Shown in pieces: positions 23,114-34,766 of a stretch of DNA of 64,000 nucleotides. A program made the position numbers and the translations under genes. How positions within the stretch are numbered: the stretch's first letter is position 1; every line of letters starts with the position of its first letter. Where the stretch lies: positions 32,001 to 96,000 of the forward strand of contig CAWJIM010000003.1 of assembly GCA_963842945.1 (NCBI GenBank), in the 5' to 3' direction. Origin of the DNA: an uncultured Gemmatimonadales bacterium. GTDB taxonomy: Bacteria > Gemmatimonadota > Gemmatimonadetes > Gemmatimonadales > GWC2-71-9. The notes below the pieces were generated by a model. The model was given only the letters and a program-made list of their open reading frames with translations, had not been told where the DNA came from and ran no database searches.

Positions 23114-25162
23114 GCAGCGGCCCCAAGCTTCGCGAAGATCTCGTGCTGGTGGAGCAGACCTACCGCGGGGAGCAGAGCTTCATCGTAAAGGATCCGGAGA
23201 GCCGCAAGTACTTTCGGTTCCGCCCGCTGGAGATCCGGGTGATGCAAGCTCTGGACGGCCAGCACACACCGGCAGCCGCGGCGGACCTGCTCCGGGCCAA
23301 CGGCGTCCCGGTATCCGCAGCCGCGGTGGAGAAGTTCGCCGCCAAGCTGACCGGGATGGGACTCTGCCAGAGGACGCTGGCCGAGCAATCGGTGTTGTTG
23401 ATGGAACGGCTCCGCGCCGAACGTCGCCGGCGGCTGAGTCCGCGAGTGTTTCAGGGCGATCTCTTCCGGATCAGGTGGTCGGTCGGTGATCCGGATGAGT
23501 TGCTGAACCGCTGGTTGCCGCGTCTGCGGTTCTGCTTCTCCCGCACATTCCTCGGCCTCTCGGTTGCGCTGTTCCTGGTCTATTTCGTAATCGTGGGTCT
23601 CAGGTGGTCGGAATTTTCCAGCGCACTGGCTGACCTCTACACGCTCAGAGTGGGCTTCGGGGATCTGGTGGTGCTGTGGGTGACCGGCACCGTCATTATC
23701 GCGATCCACGAGCTGGGTCATGGCTTCACCTGCAAGTATTTCGGCGGCGAAGTGCACGAGATCGGTGCAATGCTGATCTATTTCGAGCCTGCGTTCTTCT
23801 GCAACGTAAATGACGCCTGGACCTTTCCGGAGCTGCGCGCCCGGCTCTGGGTTACCGCCGCCGGTTCCTGGATTCAACTGGTACTCGCCAGCGTCGCGGC
23901 CATCATCTGGTGGGCCGCCAACCCGGGTACCCTGGTGTCGCAGGTGGCGTTTGCCGCGGTTCTCATCGGCGGGCTCACCACGGTCCTGATGAACCTGAAT
24001 CCGCTGATCCCGCTGGATGGCTACTATGCGCTGAGCGACTATCTCGAGGTTCCCAACCTGCGGCAACGCGCCGGACGCCATGTCTCCTGGCTGATCAAAA
24101 CCCGGGTGTTCCGTCTGGATCTGCCGGAACCTCCGGCCGACGAGCGGGAACGGCGCATCTTCCTGATCTATGGCACCCTGGCGGCCGGATACATCACCCT
24201 GATCCTGGCCTTCTGTGCCGTCAACACCTATGGCTGGCTCAGCCGCACACTCGGCAGCATCGGAACCCTGATCTTTGCGGGTATGGTCTTGCTTGCCCTC
24301 CGGCGGCAACTCCTGGCTGTGGAAGGATTCGTTGGCAGCCGTATTTCACAAGCTGACTACCCGGCTGAGATCCGCCCGGGTTCGGTCGCGGCTGCTGGCC
24401 GGTGCCGCCGTGGTGCTCATCCTTGGATGTCTGATCCCCTGGCCAATCACGGTCTCGGGCCCGTTCACGGTCTGGGCTGGGGCATCGCTCCCCCTGACAG
24501 CACCGGACAGTGGGATGGTCGGTCAGGTCAATGTTCGGGAGGGAAGCTGGGTGGAGACAGGGAGCCCGCTGCTTCGGCTTCGCAGCTTCGGCCTGGAGCG
24601 GGAGGCGGTTGTGCTTCGTCGGACGGTCGATTCGCTGTCTCTGGCGATTGCCCGGGCCAGGGCTGCCGACCGGTCCTCGGACGTGGCCCAGATGGAGGCT
24701 CTCCTGTCCGTCGACGCAGCCAGGCTGGGAGGACTCGACGATCAAATCCGCGCTTTCAGCATACGGGCGGTAAGTTCCGGCAGAGTCCTCACCCCGCGGC
24801 CGGAAGAGCTGGCGGGCCGCGGAGTCTCCCGGGGAGAGGTTCTGCTCCGCCTGGGACGAGTGGACAGTCTCGAAGTGCGGATCTCGCTCAGGGGAGCCGG
24901 GGCGAGCTCGGTTGTGTCGGGCCAGCCAGTCAGCCTCCTCCCCAACACCATGGCGGCAGAGGCGCTGACCAGCAGAATCCTTCAGGTATCCACCACCGCC
25001 GAGCCGACCCACTCGCTGGAAGGAAGGGTGCGGTTGGCGGCGCTCGACCCCTGGCGCCCGGGGATGAGCGGCCGGGCCAGAGTCACGCTGCGCCAGTCCA
25101 ACCTCTGGGGCGCCCTCTGGTGGTCCATTCGGCGGGAGATTCGGAGCGATATCCTCCTCTGA
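23110..25162 (+). CDS. PqqD/RRE-like domain + M50 (site-2) zinc metallopeptidase + HlyD fusion (frameshift near 24317)
   Basis: N-terminal PKLREDL..FIVKDPESRKYFRF..ALDGQHT..FAAKLTGMGL (RRE-like winged helix); HELGH, AAGSW, NLNPLIPLDGYY; C-terminal LTAPDSG..VREGSWVETG and WRPGMSGRARV. Confidence 0.88.
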
Positions 25163-25242
25163 GCTGACCGCTTGCGCAGATCATGCCCGTGTTACAACCA
25201 TATAGCATCTCGTTTTCAGGAGCTTGCACCATTCGCCGTGAC

Positions 25243-26072
25243 ATGCTGGCCCTGGTGCGTCAAGCCTTTGATGGGCGCTACCAAGTCGAAAGTGAGATCG
25301 GCCGGGGGGAAACGCGCGCATCTTTCTCGCTCGTGACGCCGAGGGGCGCCCTGTCGCGCTCAAGATCCTGCATCCCGAGCTCCTGGTCAGCGTCGCCGCC
25401 GACCGATTTCTCCGGGAGATCAAGCTCGCTTCTCAGCTCAGCCACCCTCATATCGCGCGGCTGCTGGATTCAGGAGAACGCGACTGGCTGATCTACTACG
25501 TGATGGAGTTCGTGGACGGCCAAACCCTGCGGGAGCGGCTCGACAGCTCGCGGCAACTCTCGATCGTGGAGACCCTCCGGATCGCATCCGATCTGCTGGA
25601 TGCGCTGGATCATGCCCACCGGCAGGGCATCATTCACCGCGACGTCAAACCCGCCAACGTGGTGCTGTCGGCGCGCGGCGCAATACTGCTGGACTTCGGC
25701 ATTGCCCGGGCGGTCATTGCTTCGGGAACCGACCAGCTGACCCGGTCGGGAATTGCCGTCGGGACATCGACCTACATGAGCCCGGAGCAGATCACGGCGG
25801 TGACCGACATCGATCACCGCAGCGACCTGTACTCGGTGGGCTGCGTGCTCTACGAGTGCCTGGCGGGCCAGGCGCCATTCGTCCACCGCAACGAGGCCGT
25901 GGTGCTGCAGCTCCACCTCACTCAGCCGGCTCCGGACGTCCGCACCCTCCGCGGCGACACACCCCCGGAGCTTGCCACCGCAATCGCCAAGGCTATGGCC
26001 AAGGCGCCCAACGATCGCTGGCGCTCGGCGGCCGAGATGCGAGAGACCTTGGCGGCGGTGCCCGTCCCGTAA
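25243..26072 (+). CDS. Stand-alone cytoplasmic Hanks-type Ser/Thr protein kinase (frameshift near 25308)
   Basis: IGRGG, VALK, RFLREI, HRDVKPAN, DFG, YMSPEQ, SDLYSVG; ends right after the kinase domain with no TM. Confidence 0.9.
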
Positions 26073-26157
26073 TCTCGAATCGCAGGTTCCCTCTGCTGGC
26101 CCGCTCCAGTACCCATCTCTATCTTGTAAAGACACTCCCGATTTCCGAGGCATCCCC

Positions 26158-28720
26158 TTGGCCGACTCTGCTCGAACCCTTACGTGCGGCACTCGAAGGG
26201 CGTTATGCCGTTGAGCGGCTGCTCGGGCAGGGTGGGATGGCCACGGTGTACCTGGCCAGAGACTGCCGCCACGATCGCCCGGTGGCCATCAAGGTGCTCC
26301 GTCCGGAGCTCGCGGCCTCCTTAGGGGCAGACCGATTCCTCCGCGAGATCAAGCTCGCCGCCAATCTCCAGCACCCGAACATTCTTGCACTGTACGACTC
26401 GGGGGATGCCGGGGGATTCCTTTATTACGTCATGCCGTTGGTGGAGGGTGAGTCTCTGCGTGCCCGGCTCGACCGGGAAAGCCAGCTCTCGGTCCCGGAT
26501 GCCATTCAACTCACCTGCGAGGTGGCCGAGGCGCTACACTGCGCCCACAGCCGGGGCATCATTCACCGAGATATCAAGCCGGAAAACATCCTGATCCAGG
26601 AAGGGCACGCTCTGGTGGCCGACTTCGGGATCGCCCGGGCGGTGACGGAGGCGGGGGGCGACAAGCTCACCGAGACCGGCATGGCCGTCGGCACACCCCA
26701 CTACATGAGTCCGGAACAGGCGCTCGGCTCGCGCTCACGTGGATGGGCGCAGCGACGAGTACAGTCTGGGTTGCGTGACCTACGAAATGCTGGTAGGCCA
26801 GCCTCCCTTTGACGGGCCCAACGCCATGGCAATTCTGGCCCGCCACTCGATGGAGGGGGTGCCGAGCCTGCGGGTCGTCCGGCATTCCGTTCCCGACGAG
26901 GTCGAGACTGCAATCGGGCGGGCTCTGGAGAAGACGCCGGCCGACCGCTTTCCCACGGTTCGGGAGTTCTCCGATGCTCTGCTGCAGGCGGATCTCGGCC
27001 CGACCGCACGGCGGACCTCACCGCAGGCATTACGGGCAAACCGGAGAAGTACTCCAGTCAAGTCGCCGGCGCTCTCGGCCAAGAGTCCGCGACTCTGGGC
27101 ACTCGCGGCTGCGGTACTGGTGGCGTTGACAGGCACCGGTTGGGGGATCTGGCGCTTCTCGCACCGACCGGTCGCACCGGCATCAGCAACCGGATCCGGC
27201 GGTCTCGACCCTCACCGCATCGCGGTCCTCTATTTCCAGGCGGAAGGCGGTAAGGACTCGCTCGGGTACTTGGCGGATGGTCTCACCGAGGGTCTGATCC
27301 GCCAGCTGGACCAGGTTCCAGGATTGGATGTCATATCCAAGGGAGGAGTTGCGGCCGTACCGAGGCGACAGCGTGTCGCGGGATAGCGTCGCGCGCGCCC
27401 TGCGATGCCGGGACGCTGGTGGCCGGGGGAATCGAGCGGGAGGGTGGCCAGCTCAGGGTGACCGTGCGACTGGTCGACGGATCCAGTGGAGCCGAGTTTG
27501 GCCGGGCTAGCTTTGCCGAGCCCGCTGGTAAGCTGCTGGCAGTTCAGGATTCAGTCAGTCAGAAGGTGGCCGGCCTGATTCGCGAGCGTCTAGGCGAGGA
27601 GATCCGGCTCCGGGAGCAGCGCAATCGAACTCGCAGCGTGGCAGCATGGGCATTGGTCCAAAGAGCCGAGCAGGCGAGAAAGCAGGCCGAAGCCCTGGTG
27701 GAGAAGAATGACACGACCGGAGCCAGCGCCGGCACATTCGAGCGAGCGGATTCGCTTTACGCCCAAGCGCATTTGGCGGATCCGAGCTGGACCGAGCCTC
27801 TGACAGACCGGGCCGGGGTTGCCTACCGGCGCTCGCGCCTGGTCGGGCTGAACGGTGTGGCCGCCAAGCCATGGATCGAAAAGGGCCTGAAGCTCGCCGA
27901 CAGCGCGCTGGCACTCGCGCCGGAGGACCCCGACGGCCTGGAGGTGCGGGGTACACTCCGCTACTGGAAATGGCTGCTCAGGATCGAGGCCGACCCCCAG
28001 GCCGTCGATCAGCTGCTCAACGGTGCGCAGAACGATCTGGAGACCGCCGTCAGAGTGAATCCATCACAGGCGGGCGCCTGGGCGATCCTCAGCCATATGT
28101 ACAGCAACACCAAGAGTGAGACCGACGCGAAGCTGGCTGGCCTGCGCGCCTACGAGGCGGACGCGTATCTCCGAGATGCCCCCCAGGTCCTTAACCGGCT
28201 GTTCACCACCTCCTACGACCTGACTCAGTTCGCGGATGCAGCCCGGTGGTGCGATGAGGGCGCGCGCCGCTTTCCCAGCGATTTCAACTTCACCGGGTGC
28301 AAGCTCTGGATAATGACCACCAGGATCCGAGACCCCGATGTGGCGCTCGCGTGGAAGCTGGCTGATAGCCTCAGGAAGCTAGCCCCCGCGAGCCGGCGGG
28401 AATACGACACCCGGGACGCGAGGATGGCCGTCGCCATGGTGCTTGCCCGGGCCGGGCTAAAGGACAGCGCGCGAGCAGTGGCACTCCGAGCCCGCGGCGG
28501 AACCGACGTGGACCCCAATCAAGATCTCGCATATAGCGAGGTCTATGTACATCTCCTGCGCGGTGATAAGGACCAGGCACTGGAAGCGCTCAAGCGCTAC
28601 CTGGCCGCAAACCCGGAGCGAAGGATTTCTTTGGCGGATACAACCCATACCACCACTAGCTGGTGGTTCCGGGGTCTGGAGGATGATCCGCGGTACAAAG
28701 CGCTGGTCTTCAGTAAGTAA
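26158..28720 (+). CDS. Receptor-like Ser/Thr kinase: kinase-TM-TolB_N-like-TPR (several frameshifts)
   Basis: [67 protein letters not shown]-like helices; ends WWFRGLEDDPRYKALV. Confidence 0.9.
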
Positions 28721-28857
28721 AGGTTGGGGCTAGACAACTCTGGTACTTGTTGCAAATTGGTGTTGGTACACTGACACAAATGACGGATTTGTAACCTGCC
28801 TCCTGTCCTGCCGGCCATGGCCGTTCGGGCGCTGGCTTAAATCGGAGGAACGCCAGG

Positions 28858-30243
28858 ATGCGCCGACTCACCTTTGCTGCCGCCGTCTGCGGCACGCTCG
28901 TCTTTGCCGCCTGTAACGACCAGGCCCCGACCGAGCCAACCCTACCTCGACCCTCGGAAAACTTTGGCTCCTGCCGGGCGACCCCGTTTCCCCTCGCCGG
29001 GGCCAATGGCATCGCACAGCAGATCGTGAACATCTATACCGGAACGTCGAAGGCCCAGTCACTGTTGCGGGCGGAGGCACTGCTGCGGGCCGGGGCAATC
29101 AAACTGTTATGGGATACCTGCCATCCCGATGCCGCCAGGAAGGCCGCCTTTGCCTTCATCGACTGGTTGAATCGCCACACCCCGGCAGGCAAACAAACTC
29201 AGGTTCAAACCCTTATTCTTGCGATACTCAGGGGCATCGGTGAGGTGACTGGTGCACCAGCGGACGGCGACTTCGGAGTAGGATTCTTCGACCCCGCCAA
29301 CACCCAACAACACAGTGATCACAACCGTGAATCACCATGCCCTGCTCGAGCTGGAGCCGGGCTCCTTCCTCGTGCCCACGGAGATCGTGATCAGCCGCAA
29401 GGCAGGTGACCCTGATCTCACCAACTTCGACGGGAACCAGTTTCCACCCACATACGACTACAACGCCATCAATAGCACGAACACCCATGTTCTCCAGCCG
29501 GGCAAGACGGCTAACATAGCGTTCTGTCTCGTGATCATAGGGGGGCCGGAGACGCCGGGTAACGGATATCCTGATCCCGCGAATCTGGCGCATCGGGCAC
29601 AATCCGGTTGTGGGCGCGCCGGGCTTCCCCTTCGAGATCCTCGAGCCGTTCGACCTGGAAGGGACGGAGCTTCGGAACAGCTTGACCTGCCCGGGGATCG
29701 ACGACGTGATCGGTAGCGCCGGCGGCGGGCTGCAGAACTTTGTCAACGCGGCTTTGCATACGGCCGGCCGCTTCCTGCCTACCTCAGCCGCTCTGGGCCG
29801 CCACGCTGGGGACGCTTCCGCCTCCGCCACCCCGGAGTGGTAAGGCAGGTAGCTTGAGCCCGTTCAAGCCGGTGGAGACGAGCTCCAACTCTATCGAGAG
29901 CTTCGGCAGCGACCTAGGCCCAGAAGACGGGAACGTTGTGGATCAGCCGCTCGATGCCTGCGGAGATGGATGCGAACCTACGTACAGGATCGCGGACGGC
30001 GAGGTAGGGATCCCAGGGCCGACCGACTTGACGGCGACGCTGATCCCAGGGGAAGGCTCGACCGGAACACTCAGCGGCACGACGATCCAGTCGACCTCGG
30101 AGACAGCACCCTACACCGCTGTTTTCGATGACCTGACCATATCAGCGCCTGGTACTTATCAGCTTAGGATTAGCTCGCCGGGCGTGGCGTCACACACCAC
30201 AGGAGTCTTCACCGTTAGCCCGGCTCCGCCACCAATCCCCTAG
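28858..30243 (+). CDS. Surface lipoprotein with Ig-like C-terminus (frameshifted)
   Basis: RBS GGAGG; MRRLTFAAAVCGTLVFAAC lipobox; C-terminal AVFDDLTISAPGTYQLRISSPG beta-sandwich pattern. Confidence 0.7.
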
Positions 30244-30263
30244 GTCCCACGGGAGAGCCGTAC

Positions 30264-30305
30264 GCAGCAGGTGGTCGGCATCCGCCGGCCACCTGTTGCT
30301 TTTGT
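30264..30305 (+). terminator. Intrinsic terminator after lipoprotein 1
   Basis: GCAGCAGGTGGTCGGC-ATCC-GCCGGCCACCTGTTGC followed by TTTTGT. Confidence 0.75.
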
Positions 30306-30505
30306 GCGTAATGGCCTAGGTGGTTGTGAGCTTCCAGGCGCAGTCCTGCCTCGGGTAGCGGTGATGGAGTGCTAAGTTCGACGATGGTGCTCACCGCGAC
30401 GTCCCAATTGTGCGGTGTAGATTGAACCGACAAGCTTCTAGTTTCCCGCACCCCGGCGTCGTATTTTTGGGAATAGTTTTCCCCCCGCCATCCTGAGGCA
30501 CTCCC

Positions 30506-33071
30506 GTGGCCGATGTGCTCGAACTGTTGCGTACCGCGCTCGAAGAGCGCTATGCCGTCGAGCGTCTGATCGGCGAAGGTGGCATGGCCACCGTATACCT
30601 CGCCAACGACATCCGGCACGACCGTAAGGTCGCCATCAAGGTCCTCCGCCCGGAGCTTGCCGCCTCCATCGGGGCCGACCGGTTCCTCCGCGAGATCAAG
30701 GTCGCCGCCAAGCTCCAGCACCCCAACATCCTGCCCCTGTACGACTCCGGCGAGGCCTCGGATTTCCTCTATTACGTCATGCCGTTCGTGGAAGGCGAGT
30801 CGCTCCGGGCCCTGATGGAGCGGGAGCAGCAGCTCTCCTTGCCCGACTCCATCCAGCTCACCTGCGACATCGCCGAAGCGCTCCATTACGCCCACACCAC
30901 AAGGTCGTCCACCGCGATATCAAGCCGGAGAACATCCTGCTCCGGGACGGACGACCCTTGGTGGCGGACTTCGGCATCGCGCGGGCAGTGAGCGCAGCAG
31001 GCGAGAAGCTGACCGAAACCGGAATGGCGGTGGGAACCCCGCACTACATGAGCCCGGAGCAGGGCCTCGGCCAGCGAGCACATCGACGGACGCACCGACC
31101 AGTACAGCCTGGCGTGCATGCTCTACGAGATGCTGGTGGGCCAGCCGCCGTTCCACGGGCCTAATGCCATGGCCATCCTGGCGCGGCACTCACTGGAGGC
31201 GGTGCCCAGCCTGCAGGTGGTGCGCAATTCGATTCCCGATGAGGTGGAAGACGCGATCATGCGGGCGCTGGAGAAGACCCCGGCCGATCGATTTCCCACC
31301 GTCCGGGATTTCGCCGATGCGCTCGCCGAGGTGGATCTCGGAAGTGCTGCACGCCGTACCTCCTCCCGCTCGATGCGAGCACGGCGCACTGCTCCCCAAG
31401 GCGTCCGGCGCACCACCGGCAGTGTACGCGCGGAGCCGAAGGGGCTTCCAGCCAAGGTCCTGGCGTTTGCCCGATCTCGGGGCAGGGTGTTCTGGTCAAT
31501 CGTGACCGTCGCGATTCTGGCCGCCCTGGGGCTCTCGGCCTGGTGGGTGTGGCTGCGACCCGGCACGGCCTCGGGCGCGGCTTCCGGTTTCAGTCCCAAT
31601 CGGATCGCGGTGATGTACTTCGACAGCCGCGGCCGCCAGACTCGATCGGGTACCTGGCCGACGGTCTGACTGAGGCGTTGATCCACGAGCTGAGCGAGGT
31701 CAAACCGCTTCAGGTGATTTCCAGAACGGCGTTGCCCCATATCCAATGCCGCTGTCGCACCGGACAGCATCGGGCGGGCGCTTAAAGTCGGAACGTTGGT
31801 CAAGGAAGTGACGCGGTTCGGTGACAGGCTTCGGGTCAGCGTCTCGCTCATCAATGCCGCAACCGGCGAGGAGATCGGCAGCAAGACCCTGGAGCGGCCC
31901 AGGGAAGATCTTCGCACCTGCAGGACGACGTGGCGCGGGAGGTCTCGCTCTTTCTTCGCCAACGCCTGGGAGAGGAGATCAACCTCCAGGAGATCCGGAC
32001 TGGTACCAGAAATCCCAAGGCGTGGGAACTGGTCCAGCAGGCCGGCAAACTGAGCAAGGATCTGACGACACTCCTGATGTCAGGAGAGACCGCTACAGCG
32101 GCGCGGCAACTGGAAGCGGCCGACTCACTGCTGGCCCAAGCCTGGCCGCCGATCCCAAAGGGTGGCGCCGATCGTCATGCGGCCGGGCCGGCCTATCAAC
32201 ACCGCGCCCTGGCGCCCCCTTGACAAGACCTATGTTAAGGCCTGGCTTGAAAAGGCGCTGAACTATGGCGCGCAGGCTCTGGCACTCAAGCCGAACGACG
32301 CGGATGCGCTGGACCTCCGTGGGACTACCCGATATACCCAGTGGTTTCTGAACCTGGCCCCAGGTACTACCGCGGCTGCTAAGCTGGTCGCGGATGCCGA
32401 GCAGGATCTGCGTGCGTCGGTAGCATCGAATCCGAGCCAGGCGCACAGTTGGGCCGTGCTCAGCCACATGCTGATGCAAAAGTCGAACCCGCGGAGGGGA
32501 AGCTCGCAGCGCTTCGGGCCTACGGGCAGACCCGTACCTGACCGAGGCACCGGCGATCTTGTATCGCCTGTTCACCAGTTCGCTGGATCTCCAGACGGAG
32601 TCGAGGCCAATCACTGGTGCGAGGAGGGTCAGCAGCGCTTTCCGACGGACCCGGTTCTCGAGTGTCAGCTTCTCGTTCTGCGCTGCCGGGACAGAAGCCG
32701 GATATCGAGAAGGCTTGGCGGATCGTGGACAAGGATGCAGACTGTATTCGCCCACTGAACGCGACTTTCGCCGACGTGAAGCTCAGCTGTTTGTCGCGAT
32801 GGCATTGGTAAGGGCGGGCCTGCCAGATAGTGCTCGAGCCGTCGCGTTGCGCGCACGGCAGACGCAACGGTTGATCCCGGTCAGAGCTGCTTTACTTCGA
32901 GGCCATGCTCCGCAACATGCTCGGCGATAAAGATGAGGCATTGCGCTTGGTTGGCGTGTATCTCGCCGCGAACCCTCAAGACCGGGCTTCCATGGCCAAA
33001 GACCAAACCTGGTGGTCGGAAGGTTTGCGGACGATCCTCGCTTCAAAGCGCTGGTCGGCAGCGCCAGCTAA
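30506..33071 (+). CDS. Receptor-like Ser/Thr kinase, paralog of 26158-28720 (many frameshifts)
   Basis: [63 protein letters not shown]; ends [13 protein letters not shown] at TAA 33071. Confidence 0.88.
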
Positions 33072-33136
33072 ATCGAGGTCGAAGATATCGGCCGCGGTGG
33101 CAATTCCGTGACCCATTAGTCGGGGTTTTAGCGGTT

Positions 33137-33168
33137 TTCACGCTGGGTTCACGGTAAAGTCCTAGAGT
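33137..33168 (+). promoter_or_regulatory. Third TTCACG-N5-TTCACG direct repeat, upstream of lipoprotein 2
   Basis: TTCACG at 33137-33142 and 33148-33153; TAGAGT 9 nt downstream is -10-like. Confidence 0.55.
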
Positions 33169-33284
33169 TCCGATCGCTTAAGAGTGAACAGCTGATTTGC
33201 GCCTGACGCGCTGTAGGTAGGCTAGGCTTGGCTTGACCTGCTACTTTCCGGGAATCCCGGACCCCCTTAGGACTGGAGAATGAA

Positions 33285-34647
33285 ATGGGTTGGCCCCTGA
33301 GGTATTTGGCGATCGGTGCTGTTGGATTCTTCGTGATCGGCTGTAGCGAGAAAGCTGAGGGTCCTCCCACGGGGCCAAATTTCCATACCGGCATCAGCAT
33401 AACATCGGGCTGCGACGTTGGACACATCAGTCAACTGGCTAACTCTTTCTTCGCACAGCCGCGGCAAGGGGTCGTTAAGAACCTGGTCGATTTATTGGGC
33501 GGCCAGGCCTGATAGTTCGGCCGCCAAGAATACGGGCTTCAACATCATGGCCCAGATCGAGGGAGCTGTGAACGATGCCACGTCTGGCGATCCGGCAGTG
33601 GGATCGAATCTGATGAACCGTCTGCTGCTCTGCATGTACAACCCGGCCCCAGACAAAGAACTGTCGAGCTATCCTGAGTCGTTCCCGGGAGGCTCACCGT
33701 CTCACTTACACCAACGACGGCGGCCCACGGCGCATTCGGACAAAGATCCGGTGGGTCAGTATCTCCGGTCTTCGCGCCCTGTGTCGGCCCCATATACGGC
33801 AATCGCCCCGCCGGCTAACTCGACCTGGCAGAGCATCTCCCAGCTAGTGTACTTCCCCGAAACGACCCTCAACGCGTGGTCTTCTACGGGAGTCCGGCGA
33901 CACCGGCAGACGGCCAGACCTATGACTGGAGAAGCATTCCCACAACGCCAACTTTAATCCGAACATCATCATAGGATTTTGTGTGGACCCGGGGACGCAC
34001 CCAACGAGTATGGTCCTCGAGAAAGACGTAGGGGTTCTGGCGTTTGCGGAGGCGTATTTCTTGACGCCAGGGACCTGCACTGCCGACCTCGCGGCGCTGG
34101 ACGCCAGGAACCCATTCAACTGGCTCATCGCCTGCTTCGTTTCGGAACGGGCCTTCTCGCTCCGCGCCCGCTCATGGCCGCGGTACTGCTGACCGGATCG
34201 GGAGGCACAAAGAGTAAGTGCTGCAGCAAGGTTGGGCCACAGGATGTGCCGAGTGCACCACTGAAGTTCGTGCCCGACCCGCCGTTCGCCAATGTGCAGG
34301 CGGGTAAGTACTTCGCCGTGCAAGTCCAGGCAACAGCCGGAGCCGGAGGAGTGGGAGTCAACGGCGACTGCATCACTCTCAGTGCCGTGAACAATAACGG
34401 GACAAATACAGCCATTATTGGAGCGCACAATTGCAATACGGACCCAACGGCCGGCCCATCTTCGAGAACGACGACCGTGAACAACATCGCCGGGATCGCG
34501 CAATTCTGCGTACAAAATCCAAAGACCGGCACTATCATCCTGGTGGCTACTGGCAACATCGACAATCGACCTGACCAGCTGAGCACCGCCAAGTCGAAGA
34601 AGCTGAACGTGAAGCCCTCGGTGAATGTTGCGAGTTGCACTCCATAG
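33285..34647 (+). CDS. Surface lipoprotein, Cys-rich, distant paralog of 28858-30243 (frameshifted)
   Basis: RBS GGAG; lipobox FVIGC; shares an LxPxPLxAA segment with lipoprotein 1; Ig-like C-terminus. Confidence 0.68.
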
Positions 34648-34664
34648 GGATCGGTGAATTTGTG

Positions 34665-34699
34665 AAAAAGGGCGGCTCTTCCTGGAGCCGCCCTTTTTT
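34665..34699. terminator. Bidirectional intrinsic terminator
   Basis: AAAAAGGGCGGCTC-TTCCTG-GAGCCGCCCTTTTTT between convergent genes. Confidence 0.9.
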
Positions 34700-34766
34700 A
34701 TTACGGCTGTACGGCGAATGGGAGGAGCGGTAACCACTCAAGGGAACCGCCAGAGCATCGCCGGTG

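Noticed and set aside
17072..34699. Genomic island integrated at tRNA-Asn
   Set aside because: No integrase, no duplicated tRNA 3' end seen, and the cluster lies on the 5' side of the tRNA.
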